From Candidatus Latescibacterota bacterium (GTDB taxonomy: Bacteria > Latescibacterota > UBA2968 > UBA8231), in contig OZ241889.1 in the NCBI GenBank assembly GCA_965203355.1, forward strand, positions 3,840,001-3,904,000: 64,000 nucleotides of DNA, in the 5' to 3' direction. Position 1 is the first letter of the stretch; every line of letters begins with the position of its first letter. Below, one piece after another: positions 49,938-59,434 of this stretch. The position numbers were made by a program, and so were the translations under genes. The notes below the pieces were generated by a model. It did not search any database. It worked only from the letters and a program-made list of their open reading frames with translations, and had not been told where the DNA came from.

Positions 49938-50945
49938 ATGATCTATGAATATGCACTGGATCCCGAACTTGTTGTAACATGGAGTTCTGAAGATTGTGAC
50001 TACTTCATCGACAAGTTTGGCTTTGATAGGGATGGCAACGCAACAGGTCGCATAATATCTAAATATCCATATCCTAATAATAACCGCGACATAAGTTGGG
50101 ATAATATAGTTAGCAAAACGCTCAAAAGAACTTGTCGTACTAGTAAAGAAAAAAAAATCATAGACGTGTTATTGGAAGAAATAAAAAAGGAAAAAAGGAG
50201 TATCACTCGTTCTATTACATCTAGGGATTGGGATCCGAATAAATCATGGCTTGAAAACGCCGAGGCTGAGCAGGAAGCAAATATTAACCGTCCTTTTCGT
50301 GCGATTCTTGCCCGTGAAAACCCAAGAAAAAAAGACTACGTGATTACTAATACAAGGCCTGCGTCCCTCAAAGATCAATCGCCTTGTCTTTGGCGTGTAT
50401 CGAGAGGAATAACCATAGCTCGAAGCACAAAGGTAATGGCAGAGTGCTTTGGTCCAATACTGAGATGTGCAACTTTAATCCTTTTTATAGATCCAAATTT
50501 CGATCCAAAAAAGTCTAAATGGAGAAAACCGTTGAGAAAATTCCTAGAAATTATTTATGATTCAAAGCATCGTGGTGTCATAGTTCAATACCTTACCTCT
50601 AAGAAAATATTTAGTAGCCAAAATGTATGTCAATGTGAATGGAATCTTTTTTGCAAAAAATGCAAATCCCTCAAGGAATACGTTGGCTCTGGATGTGATC
50701 TAATCGTCTGCTGTCTTAACAAAAGAAATAGTGATCAAGAACTCCATGACCGATTTATCCTTACTAACATTGGTGGGGTAACGATAACTTACGGTTTAGA
50801 TATTGGTAGAGGTAAGAATAACATCCATCTTATGGACAGAGAATCCTACAATACTCATTTTAAGCTGTATCGTACACATGTTGAGAAGGAATTTGAGTGT
50901 AAAAAGTGGATGGACGACTCGCGACACTCGAAATCGACATCCTAA
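49938..50945 (+). CDS. Hypothetical protein with C-terminal PLD-like (HDR) domain
   Basis: Starts 2 nt after ATPase stop; LFIDPNF and LHDRFILTNIGGV...GLD motifs. Confidence 0.6.
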   Translation: MIYEYALDPELVVTWSSEDCDYFIDKFGFDRDGNATGRIISKYPYPNNNRDISWDNIVSKTLKRTCRTSKEKKIIDVLLEEIKKEKRSITRSITSRDWDPNKSWLENAEAEQEANINRPFRAILARENPRKKDYVITNTRPASLKDQSPCLWRVSRGITIARSTKVMAECFGPILRCATLILFIDPNFDPKKSKWRKPLRKFLEIIYDSKHRGVIVQYLTSKKIFSSQNVCQCEWNLFCKKCKSLKEYVGSGCDLIVCCLNKRNSDQELHDRFILTNIGGVTITYGLDIGRGKNNIHLMDRESYNTHFKLYRTHVEKEFECKKWMDDSRHSKSTS

Positions 50946-51439
50946 TTCCGGGGCGCGGCGAGGTCCCTTTCAGCGATCTCCACACTAGCCCCAACCCCGA
51001 TAGCCGCGGATCGCTCCTTCGCCCTTGCCTGCTGCCCTTTTTCAGTGTATTTATAATCCACTTTTGTATTCGTCTTGGCTGAGCAAAAACAAACCCAACT
51101 CATGGCTGAACATTACTATCGATCACTAGCAAAAAATCGCGCTGGGAGGTTTTGATGGGCACTTGGGCACGAGCATGGACACCAACTTTGACCGAGCGAG
51201 AAACCGTGCTTTTCGTTTTGAATGAGGACGAGCTAAATGCACGCTCGCCAGAGCACCGTTGATTTTTCAACGAAGTGTATCATCCGCAATTTGACAGAGA
51301 TCGCTGGAAAAGCACCTAACCCAGCATTTGCATTGGACAACATGGCCAATTTGGCGCGAGTTAATGAACCGATGAAATACAACGCGCATTTTGGGGGCCA
51401 AAAAATGGGTCGTAGAGCATTCACAAAGGCTGAATAGCA

Positions 51440-52435
51440 ATGGGAGATTCAGGTAGTACAGTGGCAGTGACCGGTGCTGCGGGCTTTCTCGGCAGCCACA
51501 TATGCCGCGCCTTGTTGCACGGCGGATATGCGGTGCGCGCTGTCGCGCACGAGGGCAGCAATCGCAAACTTCCCGCGGACCTGAGCGATCAGGTCGAATG
51601 GCGACTGGCCGATGTCCGCAATCCCGAGTCGTTAAACCAAGCATTCCAACACGCCCACGCCATCGTTCACAGTGCTGAAATTGCGACAGTTGACGCCGAT
51701 CCCAAAGGGTTGGCAGATGCAATCAACTTGACGGGTACTCGCAACGTGATTCAAGCATGTATTAGCACCGGCGTCCACCGACTGATACACATCAGTTCCA
51801 TACACGCATTCAGCCCGCTACGCGGAACGATTCTGAGTGTCAGTTCAAAACTGGGCCAAGACTCCAAGATCCCCTACACGGCCACCAAAGCCGAAGCGCA
51901 CGTAAGCGTACTCGATGCGGCGAGAAGCGGTTGGCTCAATGCATCTATCGTCTGTCCGGCAAACCTCATAGGTCCCGGCGACAGCGAGCCGACCCGCGCC
52001 GGTCGCATCCTGCTGGCCATAGCGCACAAGCGACTCCCGTGGCTCATCAACGGAGGGGGCTGGTGGAGCGACGTGCGAGATGTGGCAAATGCCATCGCCC
52101 ATGCGGTGGGAGCCAACGAATACGGGGGCGAGGTTCACTTTACGGCCGGGCGATACGCAAAAATCCGCGGACTAGCGCACCTGTGTTCTCAGGTTTTGGG
52201 ACATAGCGTGATGCGCCCGGTCATACCCTACTTTCTAGCGCGGACAGGTTTGCCCTTGATCAAGCGGAACCCACCGTTTTTTTACTCCCGCCATTCACTC
52301 AAACTCCTGCGCGACAGCCCGCTATCCGTTGATGAATCCTCGGCGCGGAATCAACTCGGATACGAACCGCGGCCCCTTAACGAATCGGTCCGCGACGCCC
52401 TCGATTGGTTCGCCGCGCAGGGAACGCGCTTGTAA
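51440..52435 (+). CDS. NAD-dependent epimerase/dehydratase (extended SDR, dihydroflavonol reductase-like)
   Basis: VTGAAGFLG, HISS, YTATK, DVRDVA. Confidence 0.88.
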   Translation: MGDSGSTVAVTGAAGFLGSHICRALLHGGYAVRAVAHEGSNRKLPADLSDQVEWRLADVRNPESLNQAFQHAHAIVHSAEIATVDADPKGLADAINLTGTRNVIQACISTGVHRLIHISSIHAFSPLRGTILSVSSKLGQDSKIPYTATKAEAHVSVLDAARSGWLNASIVCPANLIGPGDSEPTRAGRILLAIAHKRLPWLINGGGWWSDVRDVANAIAHAVGANEYGGEVHFTAGRYAKIRGLAHLCSQVLGHSVMRPVIPYFLARTGLPLIKRNPPFFYSRHSLKLLRDSPLSVDESSARNQLGYEPRPLNESVRDALDWFAAQGTRL

Positions 52436-52447
52436 CCGGGCAGGTTT

Positions 52448-53860
52448 TCACCCCGGCAGCGGATCTTCGCCCGCGTATGGCTGGTCGCCCACTTTTTCCT
52501 GTAGGCGGCGCAATTCCCCGCGCAACTGGCGCACCACTCCGGCATAGGCCGGGTCGCGGTACACATTGACCAGTTCGCACGGATCTTTTTCCAAATCGAA
52601 CAACTCCCATTCCGGCTCTTTGGGATCATTTAGGGCACCGGGCTGGCCCAAGGCATCGGCATAGTAGTAGATGAGCTTGTAACGCAAGGTGCGGACTCCG
52701 TAGTGCGCGTACACGTGGTGGTGCGCCAAGTGCATCCAGTAGCGATAGTACATCACCGTCTGCCAGTCGTCCGGGGTCCGGCCCGCTAGCACCGGGCGCA
52801 TGGAGCGGCCTTGGAACGAATCGGGTATGGCGACGCCGGCGTAGTCGAGGAAGGTGGGCGCAAAGTCCACGTTGAGGATCATGTCGGCGCTGACGCTGCC
52901 GGCGGCAATGGCGCGGGGATAGCGGATGAGGAAGGGCATGCGCAGCGATTCCTCGTACATGAAGCGCTTGTCGTACCAGCCGTGATCGCCGAGGAAAAAG
53001 CCCTGATCCGAAGTATAGACGACGATGGTGTCGTCGGCTATGCCCTCGGCGTCGAGATAATCGAGTACGCGGCCCACGTTGTCATCGACTGCGGCGACGC
53101 AGCGCAGATAGTCTTTTATATAGCACTGGTACTTCCACTTTTTCTCCTCTTCCGGGGACAGTCCTGTGGGTACGGGCCGCTTGAGATCGGTGGCGTTGAG
53201 GTCGCGATCAACGCGCATTTTGGCCGCTCCGGCGGCCGCCGCTCGATTCTGATAGTCGTCGGCAAAAGTCGCTGGCTCGGGCAGGTCTTCGCCTTCGTAA
53301 AGATGAGCGTGTTTTTCGTCCGGCTCCCACGGGCGATGCGGGGCCTTGTGGTGGTACATCAGGCAAAAGGGCCGCTCCTTGTCGCGTGCCCTAAGCCAGT
53401 CGAGCGACAAGTCGGTGATAATGTCGGTAGTATAGCCCTCGTATTGGACCTTGTCGCCGTTGCACACCATCTCCGGGTCGAAGTACGGGCCTTGTCCCTG
53501 GAGGATGTTGTAGTAGTCAAAGCCGGTGGGCCAGTGGGCCGGCCCCTCGCCTAGGTGCCATTTGCCGACGATCGCGGTCTGATAACCAACGCCCTGCAAG
53601 AGCTTGGCGAAGTTGAGCTGGCGGTTGTCGTGGCGCGAGTCCAAAGTGGTCATGCCGTTGACGTGATTGTACGTGCCGGTGAGGATGGTGGCGCGGGAGG
53701 GGCCGCAAATCGAATTGGTGCAAAAGCAGTTGTCAAAGCGCATGCCACCTTGGGCAATGCGATCGAGGTTGGGCGTGGTGTTGATGCGGCTGCCGTAGCA
53801 ACTCATGGCGTGGGCCGCGTGATCGTCAGTCATAATGAAGAGAATATTGGGACGAGACAT
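52448..53860 (-). CDS. Sulfatase (Cys-type)
   Basis: PNILFIMTDDH, CGPSRA, GKWHL, SDQGFFLGDHG; AGGAG RBS. Confidence 0.92.
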   Translation of the reverse strand: MSRPNILFIMTDDHAAHAMSCYGSRINTTPNLDRIAQGGMRFDNCFCTNSICGPSRATILTGTYNHVNGMTTLDSRHDNRQLNFAKLLQGVGYQTAIVGKWHLGEGPAHWPTGFDYYNILQGQGPYFDPEMVCNGDKVQYEGYTTDIITDLSLDWLRARDKERPFCLMYHHKAPHRPWEPDEKHAHLYEGEDLPEPATFADDYQNRAAAAGAAKMRVDRDLNATDLKRPVPTGLSPEEEKKWKYQCYIKDYLRCVAAVDDNVGRVLDYLDAEGIADDTIVVYTSDQGFFLGDHGWYDKRFMYEESLRMPFLIRYPRAIAAGSVSADMILNVDFAPTFLDYAGVAIPDSFQGRSMRPVLAGRTPDDWQTVMYYRYWMHLAHHHVYAHYGVRTLRYKLIYYYADALGQPGALNDPKEPEWELFDLEKDPCELVNVYRDPAYAGVVRQLRGELRRLQEKVGDQPYAGEDPLPG

Positions 53861-54072
53861 AGAACTCCTTGCGAAAGGGTCAGTAGATGAGCACAGCCCC
53901 ACCCTCACCGGCGGCACCGAGCGCAAGGTCTGTCCATCGGTGCGCAGACCATCACGCCCTCCTGTTGAACGGCGCTCAATATAATGCAATGCACAACGGC
54001 CAGCTATTGACGCGAGCCCGTCTGGCTCCCTTTATATGCCAGTCTTCCAACCCCAACAAGGAGCTTTCCCAC

Positions 54073-54798
54073 ATGGGCAAATTAGGGTACGACGATACCC
54101 CGCTATTACCCAACTCCCCCTATTGCGTCCACGATCACCGGCGACCCGCCCCGGCGGTCGTAACGCCCGGCCACCACAACAGCCCCCCTTCAGACGCGGT
54201 CATCCTCTTCGACGGCACCCATCTCGACGGCTGGCAGAGCACCAACGGCGGCGACGCCCCTTGGCAAGTAGCCGACGGCTACATGGAGGTCGTGCCCCGG
54301 TCCGGCGATATGGTCAGCACAGCGCGCTTTGGCGACGTCCAGTACCATCTCGAATTTGCCTGCCCCAGCGAGGTCAAGGGCGAGAGCCAAGGGCGCGGCA
54401 ACAGCGGCGTCTTCCTCATGAGCCTGTACGAGATCCAGGTCCTCGACGGATACGACAACCCCACGTATGCCGACGGCACCACAGCCGCCGTCTATGGCGA
54501 GTATCCGCCGCTGGTCAACGCCTGCCTCCCGCCCGGCCAGTGGCAGACCTACGACATCTTCTGGACGGCCCCGCGCTTCAACGGCGCCGAGTTAGTCAGC
54601 CCAGCCTATCTCACTTTGGTCCACAACGGCGTCTTGGTCCACCACCACGTCGAGGTTTTAGGCCCCACCGGCCATCGCGGCCTCTATCGCTACGAAGTGC
54701 ATCCTCCCACCGGCCCGCTCCGCTTGCAAGATCACGGCGACTTAGTGCGCTATCGCAATATCTGGGCGCGGCCCGTGCAGGGATACGACGAAGGCTGA
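54073..54798 (+). CDS. DUF1080 (3-keto-disaccharide hydrolase-like) protein
   Basis: LFDG, GNSGVFL, YEIQVLD, WQTYDI, LQDHG, YRNIW. Confidence 0.88.
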   Translation: MGKLGYDDTPLLPNSPYCVHDHRRPAPAVVTPGHHNSPPSDAVILFDGTHLDGWQSTNGGDAPWQVADGYMEVVPRSGDMVSTARFGDVQYHLEFACPSEVKGESQGRGNSGVFLMSLYEIQVLDGYDNPTYADGTTAAVYGEYPPLVNACLPPGQWQTYDIFWTAPRFNGAELVSPAYLTLVHNGVLVHHHVEVLGPTGHRGLYRYEVHPPTGPLRLQDHGDLVRYRNIWARPVQGYDEG

Positions 54799-54803
54799 GG
54801 TGC

Positions 54804-54835
54804 TAAGGGCTGCGAGTACAATCTCGCAGCCCTTA
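54804..54835. terminator. Hairpin between convergent DUF1080 and selB
   Basis: TAAGGGCTGCGAG-TACAAT-CTCGCAGCCCTTA. Confidence 0.75.
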
Positions 54836-54862
54836 TTGCGCTCAACGTACGCAATCGCAGGA

Positions 54863-56764
54863 TCACCCCACCAAAACCCGCACATCCCCCTGCCGCACCG
54901 TCAGCCCCTCAGCATCAAAATAACCCAAAAGCGCCATCGCGCATTTGCGATTGCTGCCAATCAACGTGCGAAATTCAGCTACTGTAATCTCGCCATCGCG
55001 CTCGAGAAAATCGCGCAGCAGCGTCCGCGCCCGGGCCAGGGCCTCGCCATGAATCAACAACCCCCCTTCCAACGCGGTCACCGTCCCCAGTGCTTGCAGC
55101 ACTTGCACCAGGTCCGTCGCCTGCGGCAATGGGGCGTCGAGGATTTGGGCCAGCCCGGCCATCGTCGGCAAGTTGGCGAAATCCTCCATGTTAAGTTGCG
55201 TCTCCACAGCCGTCTTTAGCTCCGCTTGCTCCGAGGTGAAGCGGATGCGGTGCGACGCGGCCCGCACCACAGCCTCGTCCAGCGCGATCCGCCCCGCTTC
55301 CGCCAAGTAGTGTAACACGCAGTCGAACAATTCGGGCTGGATGTAGCGCGCGCTCAAATTGCGTAACTCCTCGCGTGGCAAGCCCAACTTGAGTGGCTGG
55401 GCGCGGTGAAAGCGCGCCAGCACGGCCTCGATCTCCGCACCCCAGCGCTCGCACACATCCAAATGCAAAACGTGCGTTTGCCCCTCGGACACCACGCGCC
55501 TGGCCCGGCCAGCCGCTACGAGCGCGTCCGTCAAACCCGTCAACCGCTCCACGCCAACGCCCAGCTCGCCGGCCAACGCCTGCTGGCTCTTGAGCCGGTC
55601 GTCCGCGCAGCCGAGCCAGCGCGCTACTACTGCGGGCAGATCGCCATCGGCCAACGCCTGCAAATGCGCCAGCAACGCTGGCTCAAAGCGCCGGTGCTTG
55701 GCCGGGTGCGGGTTGAGCACGCGGCCGCCGCCAATGGTCAGGGCCGGCGAGTACCGGCGCAGCACAAAACGGTCGCCCCATGCCGCAACTACGGGCACCT
55801 CCAAGCGAAGCTGCGCGAAACCCACCTGCCCGGGCATCAAGGGCTTGCCAGCGGGCAGCACGACCCGCGCCATAATCTCCCGCGTACCCAAGTGCAAGCG
55901 GACGCGCGTGCGCGACGCCATGGTCATCGGGCTTGAAGCGAGGAGTTGCACCTCGGCGTCTAGCATCTGCGTGGGGCGAAAAAATCCGGGCGCACCCAGC
56001 GAATGCCCGCGCACAACTTGGCCCTGCTCCACGCCGGCCAAATTGATCGCGGCGCGGTCGCCAGCCCGCACCTCTGGTACCGTCGCGCCGTGCTGTTGCA
56101 ACCGACGTACGCGCGCCAACCGCCCCTCGGGCGCGATCTCCACCCGATCGCCCTCGGCCAATACACCGGCCTGCACCGTGCCCGTACAGACGAGGCCAAA
56201 CCCCTTGACCCCAAAGGCCCGATCTACGGGCAAGCGGAACGGCGCGTCCGTGCGTTTGACCGCCGTGTCCTCAACCATGGCCAACAGCCGCTGACGCAGC
56301 GGGTCAATACCCTCGCCGCTGAGCGCGGAGACGCGAAAGAACTCGGCTTCGGCCAAAAAAGTACCACATACAAACTCCCGCACCTCCTCTTCCACTAAGT
56401 CCAGCCACTCCTCTTCCACCAAGTCGGCCTTGTTGATCACCACCACCCCGCGCTCGACCCCCAAAAGCCGCAGCACGTCGAGATGCTCCCGCGACTGCGG
56501 CATCACGCCATCGTCCGCGGCAATGACCAGCATGGCCACGTCAATGGTGCTGACGCCAGCTACCATGGTCTTGACGAAACGCTCGTGCCCGGGCACGTCA
56601 ATGATCGTGGCCTGATCGCCCAAAAAGGCAAAGCCGAGTTCAATGGTAATCCCCCGCGCCTGCTCTTCCGGGGCTTGGTCGGTATCCATGCCGGTCAGGG
56701 CCTTGACCAACAGCGTCTTGCCGTGGTCGATGTGTCCAGCCGTGCCAATAACGGTATGCGCCAT
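54863..56764 (-). CDS. selB: Selenocysteine-specific elongation factor
   Basis: [24 protein letters not shown]-terminal winged-helix SNRK...LLGYFD...R. Confidence 0.95.
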   Translation of the reverse strand: MAHTVIGTAGHIDHGKTLLVKALTGMDTDQAPEEQARGITIELGFAFLGDQATIIDVPGHERFVKTMVAGVSTIDVAMLVIAADDGVMPQSREHLDVLRLLGVERGVVVINKADLVEEEWLDLVEEEVREFVCGTFLAEAEFFRVSALSGEGIDPLRQRLLAMVEDTAVKRTDAPFRLPVDRAFGVKGFGLVCTGTVQAGVLAEGDRVEIAPEGRLARVRRLQQHGATVPEVRAGDRAAINLAGVEQGQVVRGHSLGAPGFFRPTQMLDAEVQLLASSPMTMASRTRVRLHLGTREIMARVVLPAGKPLMPGQVGFAQLRLEVPVVAAWGDRFVLRRYSPALTIGGGRVLNPHPAKHRRFEPALLAHLQALADGDLPAVVARWLGCADDRLKSQQALAGELGVGVERLTGLTDALVAAGRARRVVSEGQTHVLHLDVCERWGAEIEAVLARFHRAQPLKLGLPREELRNLSARYIQPELFDCVLHYLAEAGRIALDEAVVRAASHRIRFTSEQAELKTAVETQLNMEDFANLPTMAGLAQILDAPLPQATDLVQVLQALGTVTALEGGLLIHGEALARARTLLRDFLERDGEITVAEFRTLIGSNRKCAMALLGYFDAEGLTVRQGDVRVLVG

Positions 56765-56843
56765 CTGCTCAATGTCCTAGGTTGACGTGCTCTTCCTAGC
56801 CTATATTATGTCCAATTTTACGCACACAACAAGGAACTTCTCC

Positions 56844-57578
56844 ATGCAGCTCAAGCACCTGCGTCCCTACCAACTCACCGATGCAGTGGCCCAAGGGCAC
56901 CCCTTGCTCGTGCCGGCCGGCTGCATCGAAACCCACGGCCCGCACATGGCCATCGGCCACGACACCCTCATCGTCGAAGAAATATGCGCCCGCGTGGCCG
57001 CACGCACCGCTTGCGTCATTGCTCCGTCGTTTGACTACGGTCCCACCGGCTACGCCCTCGGCGGCCCCGCCGACGGGACCATCGACCCGGACTACGACGC
57101 CTTTGGCCGCTTGGCCAAAAGCATCCTGCGCAACTTCCTCGAAATGGGCTTCCGCAAGACCTACGTCATCATCATGCACCAAGGCATGGGCGGCCCCCTC
57201 GCCTTGGCCTTCAGCAAGGCCGCGGCCGAGCTGGCGTTTGAAAAGGTGCTCGCCGAGGGACATCCTCGCGGCTGGTGGGGCGACCGCGACGCGCTCGAGC
57301 GGGCTGGCTCTTGGGGCGGTCGCATCGAGGTGCAGCCCATGATCCTCCCGCCATCAAGTCCTCCGGCTGGAGGTGATCACGCCGGATACAACGAGACCTC
57401 TTTCCTGATGGCCGTCCGTCCCGAACTAGTCGAACAGGAGCACCTCGGCGACGACGCGCCTTGGTACTGCCGTCAAGACGAAGAAAAAAACAGTTGGACC
57501 GCCAACGCCCAACACGGCCAAGCCATGGTCGACGCTGTCGTCGAAGCCTGGGTGACAAAAATCGACAAGGAGCGTTAA
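56844..57578 (+). CDS. Creatininase/creatinine amidohydrolase family protein
   Basis: GCIETHGPH..GHD, DHAGYNETS. Confidence 0.85.
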   Translation: MQLKHLRPYQLTDAVAQGHPLLVPAGCIETHGPHMAIGHDTLIVEEICARVAARTACVIAPSFDYGPTGYALGGPADGTIDPDYDAFGRLAKSILRNFLEMGFRKTYVIIMHQGMGGPLALAFSKAAAELAFEKVLAEGHPRGWWGDRDALERAGSWGGRIEVQPMILPPSSPPAGGDHAGYNETSFLMAVRPELVEQEHLGDDAPWYCRQDEEKNSWTANAQHGQAMVDAVVEAWVTKIDKER

Positions 57579-57579
57579 A

Positions 57580-58203
57580 ATGCCCCAAGTACTGACCGTT
57601 TATCCCGACCGCCTCAAAGGCCGCCACATCCAACGCGCCGCTGACGTGCTGCGCCAAGGCGGCGTCATCGTCTATCCCACGGACACCATCTACGGCCTGG
57701 GCTGCGACATTACCAATAAGCAGGCGATTGAGCGCGTACAGCGCATCAAGGGCCGCAACCGCAAAAAGCCCATGTCCTTTGTCTGCGCTGACCTGACCCA
57801 CATCAGCGACTACGCCCACGTCTCCAACTTTGCCCACCGCATCCTCAAGCAATGCCTGCCGGGCGCGTACACCTTCGTGTTGCCGGCTACCCGCCAAACG
57901 CCGCGCATCCTGCAAACCAAACAAAAGACCGTCGGCCTGCGGATTCCCGATCACCCGGTGCCGCTGGCCTTAGTCCAAGCCCTCGGCCAACCCATCCTGA
58001 GCACCAGTGCCAACTACGCCGATCAAGAAGTGATAACCGAACCGTGGGCTTTGGAGGAAAAGTTAGGGCCACAAGTGGATTTGATCTTGGAGTGCGGGCC
58101 GCTACCCGTAGAGGCTTCGAGCGTGGTGTCGCTGGTCGGAGATCAGGCCGAGGTGCTGCGGAAGGGCAAAGGGGATTTGAGCTTGTTTATCGAGGAAGGG
58201 TAG
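57580..58203 (+). CDS. Sua5/YciO/YrdC (threonylcarbamoyl-AMP synthase-like)
   Basis: YPTDTIYGLG, KGR, PGAYT, STSAN. Confidence 0.9.
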   Translation: MPQVLTVYPDRLKGRHIQRAADVLRQGGVIVYPTDTIYGLGCDITNKQAIERVQRIKGRNRKKPMSFVCADLTHISDYAHVSNFAHRILKQCLPGAYTFVLPATRQTPRILQTKQKTVGLRIPDHPVPLALVQALGQPILSTSANYADQEVITEPWALEEKLGPQVDLILECGPLPVEASSVVSLVGDQAEVLRKGKGDLSLFIEEG

Positions 58204-58293
58204 CAGTCCGTCCTTTGGAGAAACTTCAGGATTGCATTTTGAGGAACTGATTTTTCGGACAACCACTCAACCATTACCAGAAAGGCTATTCAT

Positions 58294-59418
58294 ATGAGCG
58301 AGGAAGCCCGCGCCTTGTACGCGGATATGGGCGCGACGCCCGTGATCAATGCCCTCGGCAACCGCACCCTTTTAGGCGGATCGGCCCCCCACCCAGACAT
58401 CACCGCCGCTATGGAACTGGCCGGCCGCTACTACGTTGACATGGACGCTTTCTTGGCGAGCACCGGGCGGATCGTCGCCGACCTGCTCGGTGCCGAGGCC
58501 GCGCTGATTACCCCAGGCTGCGCCGCCGCATTGGTCCTCGGTACGGCCGCCTGCGTCACCGGCACAGACCCAGAGAAAATGGCCCGCCTGCCCGATACAA
58601 CCGGCATGACCAACCAAGTGGTCATCCAAAAGGCCCAGCGCTACAAATACGACCGCGTGGTGCGCCTGCCCGGCGTCACCCTCGTGGAGGCCGGCACCGA
58701 GCAAGGCACCACAGCCGACGAACTCGCGGCCGCGATCGGCCCCCAAACCGCCGCCCTGCTCTATCCGGCCATCGACAACGAAGCCGCCATCGTCCCGCTG
58801 GACGCAGCCCTTGACATCGCCCATGCCCACGACATCCCGGTCTTCGTTGATGCAGCCTTCCGCGTCTATCCCCTAGACGGCTTGACCCGCTACATCGCGG
58901 CCGGGGCCGACCTAGTCGGCTACGGTGCTAAGTACGTGGGCGCGCCTAACTCTTCGGGCATTCTCTGCGGGCGCGCCGACTTAATCGAAGCAGCCCATTT
59001 GCACAGCTTCGCCTGCTTTGAGACCCGCGACTTAGCCGGGATTGGCCGCCCGCTCAAGATCGACCGCCAAGAGGTCGTCGGCGTGGTCGTGGCCCTGCGC
59101 CGCTGGCTAGCCATGGACCACGACGCCCGCCACCAAAGCGACGCCCGCCGCGCCGAGACCGTGCGTCAGCATCTCGGCGAATGGCCTCACGTGCAAAGCT
59201 CGGTCCATGGCCCGTCCTTGACCTTGACCTTAGACGAACAAGCACTCGGCCAAACCGCCGCCGCCCTAGCAGAAGCCCTGCGCAACGGCAATCCCGCAGT
59301 CTGGCTCTCAGCGACCCCAAGCCAGCTTCACTTGTCCATGCCCACGGTCGCCGATGGCGATGAGGCCCTTTTGGCAGCACGGCTTAGGGCAGTCGTCGCG
59401 CCCAAACTCACACCGTAG
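58294..59418 (+). CDS. SelA-like PLP-dependent enzyme (DgaE-like)
   Basis: INALGNRTLLGGS, VDAA, GADLVGYGAK, GIGRPLK. Confidence 0.75.
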   Translation: MSEEARALYADMGATPVINALGNRTLLGGSAPHPDITAAMELAGRYYVDMDAFLASTGRIVADLLGAEAALITPGCAAALVLGTAACVTGTDPEKMARLPDTTGMTNQVVIQKAQRYKYDRVVRLPGVTLVEAGTEQGTTADELAAAIGPQTAALLYPAIDNEAAIVPLDAALDIAHAHDIPVFVDAAFRVYPLDGLTRYIAAGADLVGYGAKYVGAPNSSGILCGRADLIEAAHLHSFACFETRDLAGIGRPLKIDRQEVVGVVVALRRWLAMDHDARHQSDARRAETVRQHLGEWPHVQSSVHGPSLTLTLDEQALGQTAAALAEALRNGNPAVWLSATPSQLHLSMPTVADGDEALLAARLRAVVAPKLTP

Positions 59419-59434
59419 AGCCGTTCGAGCACTG

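Noticed and set aside
51100-51437. Short ORFs (51155-51262 with GGAGG RBS ending in TGA; 51237-51437), including possible selenocysteine read-through
   Set aside because: No recognisable motif, redox-Cys context or SECIS-like hairpin; probably decayed sequence
54799-54862. tRNA-Sec next to selB
   Set aside because: Too short; forms a single terminator-like hairpin, not a cloverleaf
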